A stretch of DNA of 63,071 bases, counting the filler, from Aduncisulcus paluster (lineage: Eukaryota): NCBI GenBank assembly GCA_024181965.1. It is 12 parts of 12 records of this genome, joined end to end, with 100 filler letters (N's around TTAATTAATTAA, not from the genome) between each part and the next. Parts side by side here need not be neighbours in the genome. Positions count along the whole stretch, not along the records: positions 27,880 to 56,881 come from BQXS01011593.1; 11 more parts are not named here. One strand, given 5' to 3'. Of this stretch, positions 35,454 through 47,736 are shown in pieces. The notes beneath the pieces are model-generated. The model did no database searches. It worked only from the letters and a program-made list of their open reading frames with translations, and was not told where the DNA came from. Each line of letters starts with the position of its first letter. The first letter of the stretch is position 1. The position numbers were made by a program, and so were the translations under genes.

Positions 35454-35794
35454 TTGTTATAACGAAAAAAACGACAACATTTTCATCCGACCCCCATCTT
35501 GGGGAAATAATACGGGATATTCCCCAAGAAAAAATGGATTTCAAAAAAGAACAAATAAGTATATTTATTTTTCAAAAGAAAAGTCTTCAATAATATCACA
35601 TAACCGATTCAACAACATCCACCCATTGAGGCTATTGTAGCCTTTAAATATGATATTTATATATGAAAAATTCAATAAAATAATTAAAATATCATTAATC
35701 GATGCATTTAATATATGAAATTGATAAAGAATCTCTTCAAATCATTATCAAGAATTACCATTGATATATTGAAGAATATTGATTATTAGAGACA

Positions 35795-37660
35795 TTATTC
35801 ACAATTTCCACTCTTTGGTTCAATCATTGCTATGATTTTATCTTGATCTTCTTTCTCCTTTTTCCTTCTTCTCCTTTCTCTCTCTTTTGCTGCCCGATCC
35901 CTTCTCTTTTGACGCTCCTTCTCCTCTCTCTCCTCTTCTTCTTCATCGTCTATTGAATTCGCATCAACAACTAAGGTTCTTGTGAGAGATCTGCGCTTGC
36001 TCCTGCGATAAGCATAATCCTCAACGGATGGAGCAATGGTAACAGTTTTAAAATGATTGATTTCATCCGAATCAGATTCACCATTCGTCGTAGTTTTTGA
36101 TTGTGAATGTGCTGCACCATCATACGCAACTGATATTGCAGAAGAAGAAGAAACAGAAGAGCTCGAAGTTGAAGTAAACCCATGGTCGGAAGAACAATGC
36201 AGAAAACTCATATCAAAGCCTTTCGTTCTATTTTTAGAATGCTGAGAAAGAGAAGTATGAGTTGTTGATGAAGTCGTATTCGAGTTGGAAGATGCACACA
36301 CAGAACTTGTCGCCGAAGAAGTCTGAGAAACTTGCTGAGAAACTGGGAATTGATATTCTTCTCCTTTCTTCTCCGCAATCTGCTTCTCTTTTTCCCTTTC
36401 CTCCCTCTCTTTCCTTCTCTTCTCTCTCATTTTCTCACGTTTTATCCTTTTCTTCTCCTCATCTGACACTTTAGCTTTCCTTTCTTTCGTGCTGACTGTC
36501 CGAGTGGAGGTTACCGAAGAACTCCACTCAGACGAAGGGTATCCCCGGCCACGCCGGTGTGACGGGATTAAAATAGAATCGTGGAGCCCCGAATAACGAG
36601 TTTCATGTGCGAGTTCTTTTAACATGCTCCATTTCCACTCTTCTTCTTCTTCCTCCGTGCAGAAATCACCCAAACTAACACCATCTTGTACAAATCTGAA
36701 TTGTTGCTTGCGCTTGGCCTCCTCTTCGAGTTCTCTTTGACGAAGGATACGCTTTCGAAGACCAATACTGCAACCCTCAACATCCATAGAGGCCAATTTA
36801 AGCTTAGTCGTGTCCTTTTCAGTTATATCTGACTTAGAAGAGGAAACAGCAGATCTTGAACTGCTCTGTGAACCTCCATTTTTCTTCCTTCGATCTTGTT
36901 TTCGTCGCTCTTTCTCCTCTTCTTTCCGCTTTCGTTCCATATCTTCAACACTTCTCAATTCTTTTCTTTTCATTTCGTAAACCATACCACGTTTCCACCT
37001 TTCTAAGTTCTGTTGAAATAAAGAACAGTAAACACACCGAACCCCATCGTCATACATATGTATCGGTAGGGTAGGAATATTTTTAGATTCTAATTTATCG
37101 ATGTGTTTTGATTTGGAGATATCGAATGCCAACGGATCCGAAGTTTCAGGTGGATTCACAGAAATAACAGAGCCAGCCGAAACAGCTGACGAGGAGGGAG
37201 TTTGTTCCTTAGAAATACGAGTATCTGTTGGAATCGAATGAGTTGAAGGAGTAGAAATATGCGTTTGAGTGCTAGGATCGGAAGGGATAATAGGAATATC
37301 CTCCTCAAGTTGTTGAGATTGAGTGGCTTTAAGTTTATGAGAAATACGAACATAATATGCAACAATCCACTTATGGAACGCATTTAAATCGCCGGATAAT
37401 ATTGAATTTAGTGCTTTCCCATAATATAGGGATCTATCATCAGCTAATCTCATTATTTTCTTCCAAAATAAAATTTGGCGTTTATATTCCTTATCTCTTA
37501 TTATCAAATTGGGGCATAACTTAACCAAATCAAGATTTAAACCTTCATATTGGAGAGGATCACCCTCAACCATTGAAGGTGTTATATGAGTAGAATCTAG
37601 TGCAGTCGAAGATAATTTTTCATCAATTTCAGAATATAATGGATATGAAATGCCATCCAT
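35795..37660 (-). CDS. Hypothetical protein (621 aa), charged and Ser-rich
   Basis: Long ATG ORF; no family recognised. Confidence 0.8.
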   Translation of the reverse strand: MDGISYPLYSEIDEKLSSTALDSTHITPSMVEGDPLQYEGLNLDLVKLCPNLIIRDKEYKRQILFWKKIMRLADDRSLYYGKALNSILSGDLNAFHKWIVAYYVRISHKLKATQSQQLEEDIPIIPSDPSTQTHISTPSTHSIPTDTRISKEQTPSSSAVSAGSVISVNPPETSDPLAFDISKSKHIDKLESKNIPTLPIHMYDDGVRCVYCSLFQQNLERWKRGMVYEMKRKELRSVEDMERKRKEEEKERRKQDRRKKNGGSQSSSRSAVSSSKSDITEKDTTKLKLASMDVEGCSIGLRKRILRQRELEEEAKRKQQFRFVQDGVSLGDFCTEEEEEEWKWSMLKELAHETRYSGLHDSILIPSHRRGRGYPSSEWSSSVTSTRTVSTKERKAKVSDEEKKRIKREKMREKRRKEREEREKEKQIAEKKGEEYQFPVSQQVSQTSSATSSVCASSNSNTTSSTTHTSLSQHSKNRTKGFDMSFLHCSSDHGFTSTSSSSVSSSSAISVAYDGAAHSQSKTTTNGESDSDEINHFKTVTIAPSVEDYAYRRSKRRSLTRTLVVDANSIDDEEEEEREEKERQKRRDRAAKERERRRRKKEKEDQDKIIAMIEPKSGNCE

Positions 37661-37943
37661 TATTTTTTGTGGTTATAATTGGGGTCAAAACCCCCAAATC
37701 CAGAACTCAATCATTTGACGGAATCATTTGAGCACGAAGATGAACAGAGGTCAAAATAAAAATAAAGAATTTAATATTTTTACTAGCATGAGAAATCAAA
37801 AAAACATTTCAAAATTACGAAGGTAATTGACCTATTAGCCAAACAAAAAAATTTGGCTTTGACATATGCAAGCCAATGGAATCGAAATCAAAAAATTATA
37901 TGTTTCTATCAATTATGTATATTTAACGAAATCTTGAATATAA

Positions 37944-38795
37944 TTACGTGAATTTCTTGATGATAAATCCAATCAAAAGACCAGTTGCTACAACAATAAG
38001 AATTAAAATCGTAGTATTCATTTTTTGAATTTTTCTACTCAATCTTTCGGCTTCAGTAAGATTTTCTACACCCTTTCCGACTTCATCCAGAGCTTCTTCC
38101 ATGTTACAATCAATTCTATCCAGCATAGTACCTTGATCAGCGATCATTGTAGCGATGCTTGTCATCATATCAGAGAGTTCCACTAAAGTATGAACAATAG
38201 ATTTAATACTTTCTTCGCGCTCTTCAAGGCGTTTCCGTGATTTGTATAATAAACTATCCAAAACTCCAGAATGTTCATCATGCCCTTCACCCTCGTCTTC
38301 ATCAGCACCGTAATATCCACCAATTCTAGCCTCTTGTTCCTTTAATCTTCTAATATAACGTGCTTGTAATTCTCTAAATTTGGTGTTACAATCCTGAACC
38401 TGAGCTGCCAAACCCCGTTGAACATTCTTTCTCATGAGTATTGATTCCCGACTTTCAGCTTCACCGCTAAAAGATCGACCTAAACCAGTAATGATTTTTT
38501 GGGAAGCTCGAAATCTCCTGGTAATATCCCCAGTAACGGCATCAATCTTGGCATTCTTTTCAGTGTCAGAATCTGAATCAATATCTATTAATGAATGGCA
38601 TTCATGCAATAATTCTAATTCTTTTAATGACTTGTTGATCTGATCTATATGTGTTTTAACTTCGTTAAGGGATGTTAACCATTCGGGAGCCACTCCGGCT
38701 GCTTCGAGATCGGATTCATCAACTACAGTCTTTCCAGATGTAGCTTGAAATGAATATCTGTATTTCAAAAAGTCACTTGTTATATCTTTTATCAT
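37944..38795 (-). CDS. STX16: Syntaxin-16/Tlg2 (Qa-SNARE)
   Basis: N-peptide KDITSDFLKYR, Habc region starting APEW, SNARE motif EREESIKSIVHTL...MIADQGTMLDRID, C-terminal TM helix. Confidence 0.92.
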   Translation of the reverse strand: MIKDITSDFLKYRYSFQATSGKTVVDESDLEAAGVAPEWLTSLNEVKTHIDQINKSLKELELLHECHSLIDIDSDSDTEKNAKIDAVTGDITRRFRASQKIITGLGRSFSGEAESRESILMRKNVQRGLAAQVQDCNTKFRELQARYIRRLKEQEARIGGYYGADEDEGEGHDEHSGVLDSLLYKSRKRLEEREESIKSIVHTLVELSDMMTSIATMIADQGTMLDRIDCNMEEALDEVGKGVENLTEAERLSRKIQKMNTTILILIVVATGLLIGFIIKKFT

Positions 38796-39106
38796 ATGTC
38801 CACAAAACAAGGAAATTGTCAAAACCGGACGAAAAGCCCGATAAAGTTCCAATAATTTTCACAAGCTTAATATAGTATGAACATAAATTAAAATTTTACT
38901 TTTATTTTGACGAATATGCCAAACCAGTATCCTCAATAGAAATACGTACCCTATGTATTTATCTGAATATTTATCTCCCACATAATATTCATATTTCAAA
39001 TTTGATTATAGTTTAAATTAAATCTTTTATCTTAAAATTTCCATTAGACTCCTATATACTATTTTTTTGAAAGAAGTAGCATTTTTGTGCTGTTAAAAGG
39101 ATTGTC

Positions 39107-40489
39107 ATGGTTTATTTCATTGATATTGCTGATGCATATCATCATGTATTGACTGAGTATCAAATATCTAATGAAATAGTTGATGAATATCCTGATATTG
39201 GAAGCGAAGGCTTTTGGCGTAGAGTGACTCAAAAAATGGGTATTTCTGAAACAAAGTGCGAAGAAATTAGACAATATTATGTAAAAATTAAAAATGAAAA
39301 AAAGATTTGCCAACATTATTTTCACATTGAAGGCGATATTCTTTCTAGCAAGCTAGTCAAACATTTTTCGCAAAGAAAGTTTGAAATTAAGTTCTTTGGA
39401 AGTGATTCATATTCATTTTATGAAAAAGAAAGTGTTCCATGGATAGCTGATGAAATCGACGAATTTTCTGAGAAGTGGCAAGCCCAACATGGAAAAGAAG
39501 AACAAGAGATGATTCAACAGAAAAAAGAGAAAAAGAGAATACGAGATAGAGAAAGGAAGAAGAAAAAGCAGAAAGAAACTCCGGCAGAAAAAGATGAAGA
39601 GTTTGGAACAACACAAGATGAAATAACTTCTCTCGAAATGATTTCTAAACCCATAGATTCGCCCCATCAGGCTTCATCTGTGAGAGTTGAACCCCAAAAA
39701 ATGCTTGGTAAGGACGAATTAAGTGATGTCGAAAACGAACCTGTTCGTCAAGATAGGAAATTGAATAAGGATGTTACCAAAGATGTTCCATTTTCTCCAA
39801 GTGTCAAAGTTATTCCTTTTGATTCAACGTATAAAATAGATCCCCCTACTCTCATTAAAAGCGATTTATCATCATCATATTTCTCTGTAAAAACCCTTTC
39901 CTCGGAAGATACCCAAAATAGCTACGACATTAAATTTCAGCCCGGAGTTCCTGTAGTATCTGAGAGCNNNNNNNNNNNNNNNNNNNNAAAAATGCTTGGT
40001 AAGGACGAATTAAGTGATGTCGAAAACGAACCTGTTCGTCAAGATAGGAAATTGAATAAGGATGTTACCAAAGATGTTCCATTTTCTCCAAGTGTCAAAG
40101 TTATTCCTTTTGATTCAACGTATAAAATAGATCCCCCTACTCTCATTAAAAGCGATTTATCATCATCATATTTCTCTGTAAAAACCCTTTCCTCGGAAGA
40201 TACCCAAAATAGCTACGACATTGAATTTCAGCCCGGAGTTCCTGTAGTATCTGAGAGCTCCAATATTGTATCAAAGAAACTTTCTCCGTCTTTCCTCTCT
40301 TCAATGTTTGTTTTTGACCATAAAATTGTTGATTCCAAGCTTTGGCTGAAATGCACTGATGGCCGGGAAACAATAACAATTCTTGAGTCAGATTTAAGAC
40401 GAGTCGGGCAAAGAAGCTTAATAGAGTATTTTAAGAGTCATCTTCACTCAATTGGAATTATGGGAACAAAAGTATCTAGTTCGAAATGA
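39107..40489 (+). CDS. HP1-like protein: Myb-like helix, chromodomain-like domain, basic hinge, chromoshadow-like domain (about 363 aa after removing a 271-bp duplication at the gap)
   Basis: HYFHIEGDILSSKLV...KFEIKFFGSDSYSFYEKESV...IADEIDEF (chromo); KKEKKRIRDRERKKKK (hinge); DHKIVDSKLWLKCTDG...LIEYFKSHL (chromoshadow). Confidence 0.55.
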   Translation: MVYFIDIADAYHHVLTEYQISNEIVDEYPDIGSEGFWRRVTQKMGISETKCEEIRQYYVKIKNEKKICQHYFHIEGDILSSKLVKHFSQRKFEIKFFGSDSYSFYEKESVPWIADEIDEFSEKWQAQHGKEEQEMIQQKKEKKRIRDRERKKKKQKETPAEKDEEFGTTQDEITSLEMISKPIDSPHQASSVRVEPQKMLGKDELSDVENEPVRQDRKLNKDVTKDVPFSPSVKVIPFDSTYKIDPPTLIKSDLSSSYFSVKTLSSEDTQNSYDIKFQPGVPVVSESXXXXXXXKMLGKDELSDVENEPVRQDRKLNKDVTKDVPFSPSVKVIPFDSTYKIDPPTLIKSDLSSSYFSVKTLSSEDTQNSYDIEFQPGVPVVSESSNIVSKKLSPSFLSSMFVFDHKIVDSKLWLKCTDGRETITILESDLRRVGQRSLIEYFKSHLHSIGIMGTKVSSSK

Positions 40490-40560
40490 ACATTACTTTT
40501 TCAGCTCAAGCATTTTTGTGTTCATCATCCTGAACTCCAATTATAATGTATTTGAATGCC

Positions 40561-40802
40561 ATTAATTCATTTTGTTGAAGTTTATGATCATTTGCTTTGA
40601 ATTATATCCAATATGTGACCTCTCTGCACCACATCATATTTAATCAGTCATACATTAATATTAACGTTATTATTGTTGCTCATTTGCACCGAAGTAGTAT
40701 TTGAACCGTATGAATCATTGATACATTGCTGGGTTTGACTACATCTCACAGCTCCTATTTTAAAATGCCGAAAATGATCCTAAAGTAATAAAGCAATTCA
40801 TT
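40561..40802 (-). repeat. Inverted dispersed copy of 31583-31826
   Basis: Reverse-complement match over about 242 bp with one 2-nt indel. Confidence 0.95.
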
Positions 40803-41863
40803 TTTGGATAAGGCATGTCTTTATTCAAGAGGAGCAATGCTGTGCTTTAAATTTTTGATAGATTCGGATTCTGACACAGTGATTGCCAATGTCAGTTTTG
40901 ATTCCGAATATAAAATTCGAGTCGAATCGGTGAATCAGATTGCAATTCCCTTTTTCTTCTGTGTATCAAACCATTTCCCAATTAACTCGATAAATTCATA
41001 TTTTAGCTTGTGTTATCCATGGTAACTTGAACACAAAGATTATTCTAAGAGTTTTAAGAAAATACGGGATATACTGAACTTATTGTTATTTCATCTCAAT
41101 TATCTGTCAGAATAATGGAGAAAAATGAGATCCGCCGAGTAATTTTCTGTTTTTGTTTTTGATTTTTTGAAATTCTTACGGAGATAGTATGAGATTTCGT
41201 TTTTGAATGTTAAAGACGAAAGAAATCCATTTCACAGCCAATTCTCAATCAAAATTAGTTTGATAATGCCAAAAAAGAATATATTTAAGAGATTCTTGCG
41301 ATTTTAATGCATTTTTTTCCCCAGAGTTTTTGTTTTCTAAACAAGATCATTTGTAATGATCTTCTCATGATGGGATCAACTCAGAAGGGAATTATTTATT
41401 GAGGAATTCATTCAATAGAATTGAACCAAAAAACGAATTAATTCGATTCAATAGTTACTATTTAATAAGATTGAGTGTTCAATCATTGAAGTTATCTTTA
41501 ACTTCACAAAAATTAATAGTCATGTGGAAACAGGGTAAAAACTATAACAATAAGGCAGCAAAATATAGATACCGAGCAAATTAAAAAGAGGCACTAATTA
41601 AAGGCCATTTTTGGAAACAGGAAATTCACGCCAATACAAAAAAATGGCGGTTGGAGATTCAAAATAGATAGATAGATAAATAATAATAATAAACAAGAAA
41701 AACAGAAAAGAACATCTTTCTTCTTTCCGTTTGGGCCGAAAGATATTCATTATATTGACCATGAGATAGGGATAAAGATCCATCTTCATAAATAATTAAG
41801 CGAAACAAACAAAAAAAAATAAACAAAAAACTCAAGATTATATTCTTAGATATATTCTATTAA

Positions 41864-41913
41864 TACAGTACAGTAGTACAGTAATAGTACAGTACAGTAT
41901 AGTACAGTATACT
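41864..41913. repeat. Degenerate (AGTAC/TAGTACAG)n microsatellite
   Basis: tacagtacagtagtacagtaatagtacagtacagtatagtacagtatac. Confidence 0.85.
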
Positions 41914-42446
41914 ATTCTTCGTGATTCACATTCAAATAAAACCAATATATAAAACAATCCAAACAAATTAATACGCACAAACAAACAAACAGATTATGGA
42001 ACATCAGTAAATGCATCACGAAAAATCAGTACCATAGATTCGGACCGACAAACAATAAATCAATAACAAACAATTGGAAAACAAAAACAAAAAACAAAAA
42101 GATTGGACATGCCAACCTGACAGTCAAATTAAATAAAATCAAGTCATAATATTTCATGGGCCGAACAAAAACAAAAAAACCACGAAATCATCAAATTGTT
42201 CCATAATACTAATATATGGGAAATTGATCATGGATCTCAGAAAAATAGAATCATAAAATAATAAAAATTGTAGCAATTGTAATCATAAAAACATCAAAAA
42301 CCAAAATTCAAACCAAAAAAATGAAATTACATGTTCTTCACATGCACAATACAAATATAATATTTATAAAAAACTTTGGGAATACAAATAAAATAATAAC
42401 AATAATTAATAATAATAACAACAATAATTACATTGGATAATGTAAT

Positions 42447-45400
42447 TCATTCCATTAGAGTTAATTTGTAAAGATTCAAAACACTTTTCTTTTCGGCTCT
42501 AACAGTCGTGAAAAACTCTTGGAGTCGTTGTGGATCAGTGATACAAACAATGTCCACTTGCTCGTGATTATCAGAGAAAAAGTCTTCGATAATATCGTCA
42601 ACACCACAATCGAAAGAAATATCATCGTCAAATGAGGGGGGTTCTTCCACCTCATGGGGAAAAGGGAGGTTATCAGGAACTGGGATATCGTCAGGAACTG
42701 GGATATCGATTGGGAGTGGAATATCAGCAACAACAGTGTTTTGATCATTTGAGGATTTTTCAGAGGAATCAGAACCGAATAATATCAAATGCTGGGCATT
42801 AAAGGAACCATGGTCAATCAGCCGAAATACACTCTTGCCACAGGCAATGGTGTTATCGTGAAAATGAGCCACCAATTCGGAACTAATTTCATATCCGTTC
42901 ATTTCATATCGATGTATAAGCTGGACTTGAAGAGAACAACACATCTTTATAACACAAACCCCATCAAGAACAGGGCATGTTATTGGACAGAATCCATGAG
43001 AAATGAGAATAGAGACAGCGGATGCAAGATAATATTTCAAATTATCTTGGAAACAGGATGAAGGATCGTTCAATGAAGACAAGGAAGTGAGATCATCTCG
43101 TGAGGAATCAAACTGAGGATTATAAAAGATTCTTGGAGGAAGAGATGAATCAGGAAAAGCTTTGGTAAGAATTTTAGCTTTGATCTCAGTCAATGATCGA
43201 CCATACGTGGTTAAGGGGGCAATTCGAGCCCAATTCCATTTCAATCGCCAACATAAGAATACAATTTCCATAATTTCACAGGCAAACCATTGACTAGGGC
43301 ATTTGTAGGAATTTTCATCATCAATATAATGGGAAGGAATCTTAGGAATAGATGAGAAATGAGATCTAGATTTTCGAGAATATCCATGTCCAAAACAACC
43401 AGAAATGGCGTTGGCTAAGGGATATCTGAGATCTTGAAGAGAGTGTGACATCATCTTCATTGAAGGATCCGAGAGGGAAAAAAAGGGGAAATATTTATCA
43501 AAATTACATTTACAGAAACAATATTTTGACCTATAAGGTCCAATACAAACACGACCACCCTTAAAGGGCTTGACATCAGAAATCGATACACATGAATGGT
43601 GCATTGCTGGGTGGTGGATGCGGCCATAATAATCACAATGCAAGACAACATATTCTGTCGGATGTGAATCATAAGATATTTGATTGCTAAAAAAAGGGTG
43701 AAGAACAAGAGAAGAGTTGGAACATGATGAAGAAATTCCGGAAGGAGAAAAGGAAGAGGTTTTTGTCACATTTTCACAATGAGAATGCATTTGACTCCTC
43801 AGTCCCATCTTTTCACCTTCCATATACCAGTTTTTTGAAGCATCTTCGGTATTTTTCAAAAACAACAAAAACCTGGCAGTAATATCGGTTTCCTTGCTGT
43901 ATTCTTCACGAAAATCATCGCACACATTCGAAGAGAGGATCTTTTCCTCTTCGATCATCAATTGTTCCATCCAATAAGAGTGGAACTGGTGTTGTTCACA
44001 TATTCTATTGGTAAGGAAAGACCTCTGATCATCGTCATTTGAGGATATAAAAACATGGTTTCTCGAAAAATCGAGAGGGAGACAAGATACATGCTTCTCG
44101 GATGATATGTCTTGAATTGACTGGATATCTCCATGGAAAGCATGAGATGATGAACAGAGTGGCCCAGATTCTGGATGACATACTGGATCCGGAAGGATCT
44201 CAAGAGCATGCAAGTCTTCTGGAGTCATGTCACCTTGAATCTCTTCAATAGAGAACTGTTCAACGGAAGAGGAATACAGGGGAGCAATCCCACATGAAGA
44301 AGTTCCTTTGGGTTTTCGATCTTTCTTCGAGATAACAGGAGATTTGCAGGAAGGATGCCAAAAATCGTGGATAGGTGAACATTTTTTCTCACGATTCAGG
44401 ATTGACTTACGGTTATGTCTGTACTCAGACACAATCTTCTTCACCTNNNNNNNNNNNNNNNNNNNNACCTTGAATCTCTTCAATAGAGAACTGTTCAACG
44501 GAAGAGGAATACAGGGGAGCAATCCCACATGAAGAAGTTCCTTTGGGTTTTCGATCTTTCTTCGAGATAACAGGAGATTTGCAGGAAGGATGCCAAAAAT
44601 CGTGGATAGGTGAACATTTTTTCTCACGATTCAGGATTGACTTACGGTTATGTCTGTACTCAGACACAATCTTCTTCACCTTTGTTATTTCAGGAAGAGG
44701 ATCAGCAGAATTGAGATTTGGTCTATTTTTAGAACCCTCTTTGGTGGAAGAAGAGGAGGGTGCAATTAGCTTACATTTCTGTTCCAAAGCTTTCCTCAAT
44801 GCACTCGAACGATGGCCAATAATGTATGTCTGCCCCTTAGGATCTTGGAAATAGGTTGAGCAAGACAATACATCAAACCCCGTTGTGGAATCTTCGTTTC
44901 TAAACCTTCGTTTACCCAATGTTGGAATTGTTGAGTCCTCTCGAGATCTAGAACTCATAGAATGCTCAGTTACAAGACCCAAGGAGACACATTCGGAGAT
45001 ATACAAGGCTTTATGACAAGAAGCCAAATACATCATCATTGGTACCATCTCGGGAGGGAATACTTCGTTTGGATGAGGAACAACCAACGTACAGTCACCC
45101 ATGCCATCGGGTGGAGGATAAGGCGTATCATCGAAAATATCGATTTCTGATTCAAGAAGGTGCCAAAGTTCTTTGATGAAGGGTGCCCATCTGTCAACAT
45201 CGATTCTATTCCACTTTCCCCAAATCTGGTCTTGCTTCTTCGGTTCCTCAACGCGTTGGTTAAACATGGATGTGATCACAGTCATATTTATGATATCATT
45301 GAAGAAACATGAGCGATAATCAGAGATAATACTCTGAACAAAGGGATGGGAGCAAATGGAACCCGAGGAGGTGGATGGAATAGTGGTACATTTAGGCTCA

Positions 45401-46434
45401 GAGAACGATTGTTTCTTTCTTCTTTTATGCTTACGAGGTTTTTGGACCTCTTCTTTGGACTTCTCTTTCCAGAGAGTGACCTGGTGAGAGAGTTGGAGTT
45501 GAGCCTCAACAGACATGTCTTGAATAATGTACGAAACACGACAGGTTTTTGGCCTGTCTCGCTTGGAACCAAACTTTTTTTTATGACCTGATTTTTTATG
45601 TTGAATTTCTTCAAGAAGAATTTCATGCGCCTCAAGATTTTCAACCGAGACTTTGCCTTCTTGAAAATCATCCCACAATTGAGCACGAATTTTCAACCAT
45701 TTTTCGTGTTTTCCTTTAATTTTCCGTTCGTCACGACTGAAACTCCAATAGGCTATGCAGCGACATAACAGACGGATGTTTTCATCATCCCATTTGTCAT
45801 ATTTTTTGACCTTATCAGCATCACCAACTTCTCGGGATCTGTCGTTCGCTATTACTTTGGGAACCTTAGGAGCTGAAGGTGGTTCAGGAGGACGGATAAA
45901 ATCGGAAACAAAATGGTCAGCAAGTCCACCATGTGGAATGTCATCGTCCGACCTCTCCTGGATAACTGGGAGTTTCCACATTAAAGGAGTAATGACATGA
46001 GAATGGGATGAGTGGCTCGGAGATGTTGTAGAAGTAAACAAACTGGGGCTTAGGGGACGAGTTTGTTTTTGATCATCAAAAATATGGGTAGAACCCGTGG
46101 CCAATTCACTACTTGATGGGATTCGTGAGGATGCAGCCATGGGTGAAGACATGGGTGCAGAAATGGCCTGAAGCAAAGGTTCAATAGGATGAGAATGATC
46201 GGGAGCACGGCGTTTAAAGGGGCCAAGTTCATCTTTTCCATAAAATGGAGAAGAAAAAAGATCATCTTCAACGAAATTCTCAGTCCCTCCCGCGACACAG
46301 AAGGGCTGGACCTCAGAATCTGGCTGATGGGGCAATCCATCATCACATCCAGTAGAATGGGGGATAGAATCGGTAAAATAACCTTGGAGAGGAGTTCTAT
46401 CAAAAGGATTTGTATAGGGGGGGTGAAATGACAT
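42447..46434 (-). CDS. Large Myb/SANT-domain protein (about 1250 aa after collapsing the 215-bp duplication around the gap at 44447)
   Basis: KWDDENIRLL...KWLKIRAQL and QWFACEIMEI...NWARIAPLTTYGRSLTEIK fit Myb tryptophan spacing. 44232-44446 matches 44467-44681, and collapsing it restores one frame. Confidence 0.65.
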
Positions 46435-46934
46435 TTTTAAATTGGAAATATGAATAGGACAGCGATAGTGTGACACCAGATAATAAGTGTAAATAACCGG
46501 GTTTGTTTGGGATAAAAACAAGAAAAAGAGATGATAATATCAGAATAGCGAAAAAATATTATCAAATACACCTTGTGTGGAGCGAAAAGAGATTTTGTGA
46601 AATAACAGTATCAACTTTGTCAGTTAATGAAGAAAAACAAATAAATATTGTTTATTGATGCATATGAAGCGATTAAAATTTTTTTATTTTGTGGACATAT
46701 CAATATTTCAAGACCAAAAAAAAGGGCAGTATTCACAGAAGAAGGGAGAAGATATTGTATAATTGTTTAATAATTTTGGTATTATATTGTAATATAATTA
46801 ATAATATATATGTTTTTTGGATATAAAATTTTTGTATTCGACAGATAAATGAAAGTAAAATATTTTGGAAAATTTTGATTTCGAAACCAAAAAAAAGACA
46901 AAAAAAAATCTACTATCAATATGCCCGTGATTTT

Positions 46935-47186
46935 TCATAATATTGAACGAATTGAGATGAATAATAGAGAAATCGAAATTATAACGAGTAAAATATCATA
47001 ATGTATATATGAAATCACCTGTTGGACTCCTGTAAAGATGCTGAGGAATATAATACATTGTATTATTTCTATAATTATTAATCCTTCACAATATGGATTG
47101 AAAGGTCGAAATATAAGAGATAATCCTTCAAAAACAATGACACTAAAAGCAAACCACAAAAAAATTGAATACCTAAAAAAATCCAT
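46935..47186 (-). CDS. Possible small membrane protein or exon
   Basis: Hydrophobic 83-aa ATG ORF in AT-rich DNA; may be spurious. Confidence 0.25.
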   Translation of the reverse strand: MDFFRYSIFLWFAFSVIVFEGLSLIFRPFNPYCEGLIIIEIIQCIIFLSIFTGVQQVISYIHYDILLVIISISLLFISIRSIL

Positions 47187-47736
47187 AAGAAATTGACAAA
47201 ATAAATAGATAGAAGTAAAATATTACATCAACATACATTAATTCTCGTCTACTTTGAGGCCCGCTGAGAAGTCGAAAGTTAATATCATATTCAGCAAGAG
47301 AAGACTTGAAAATATTATTTAACAGTTATTAGAAAATGGATCAAAATGCAATTTTTAATGATCTTGAGCTCTATTCCAAGATAAAACATACAATACTACC
47401 GAAACAAAATGAGCAGCATAATATTGAAGCAAACCATGTATTAAATCGAATATAAAACAATAATTTGTTTTTTTTCGAAGACATTGTCGATGTTACCATC
47501 TTTGATATTTCTTTGTAGGTATTATTCAGCTGGGCGCAAGGAAATAATCATAGATTTAGACACTTCGAAAATTTCAAGAAATCACACCACACAGAGTCCT
47601 TTTAAAAATAGTGTTATTTGTTATTTTCATTAAAATCATATCTTTTTTGAGCATAATTTGCATGTATTATTTATTAAATATAAGTAGTGACTTCTTGAAA
47701 ATTTCGAGATGCCGATTTGTTCGGAATAGTACACAT

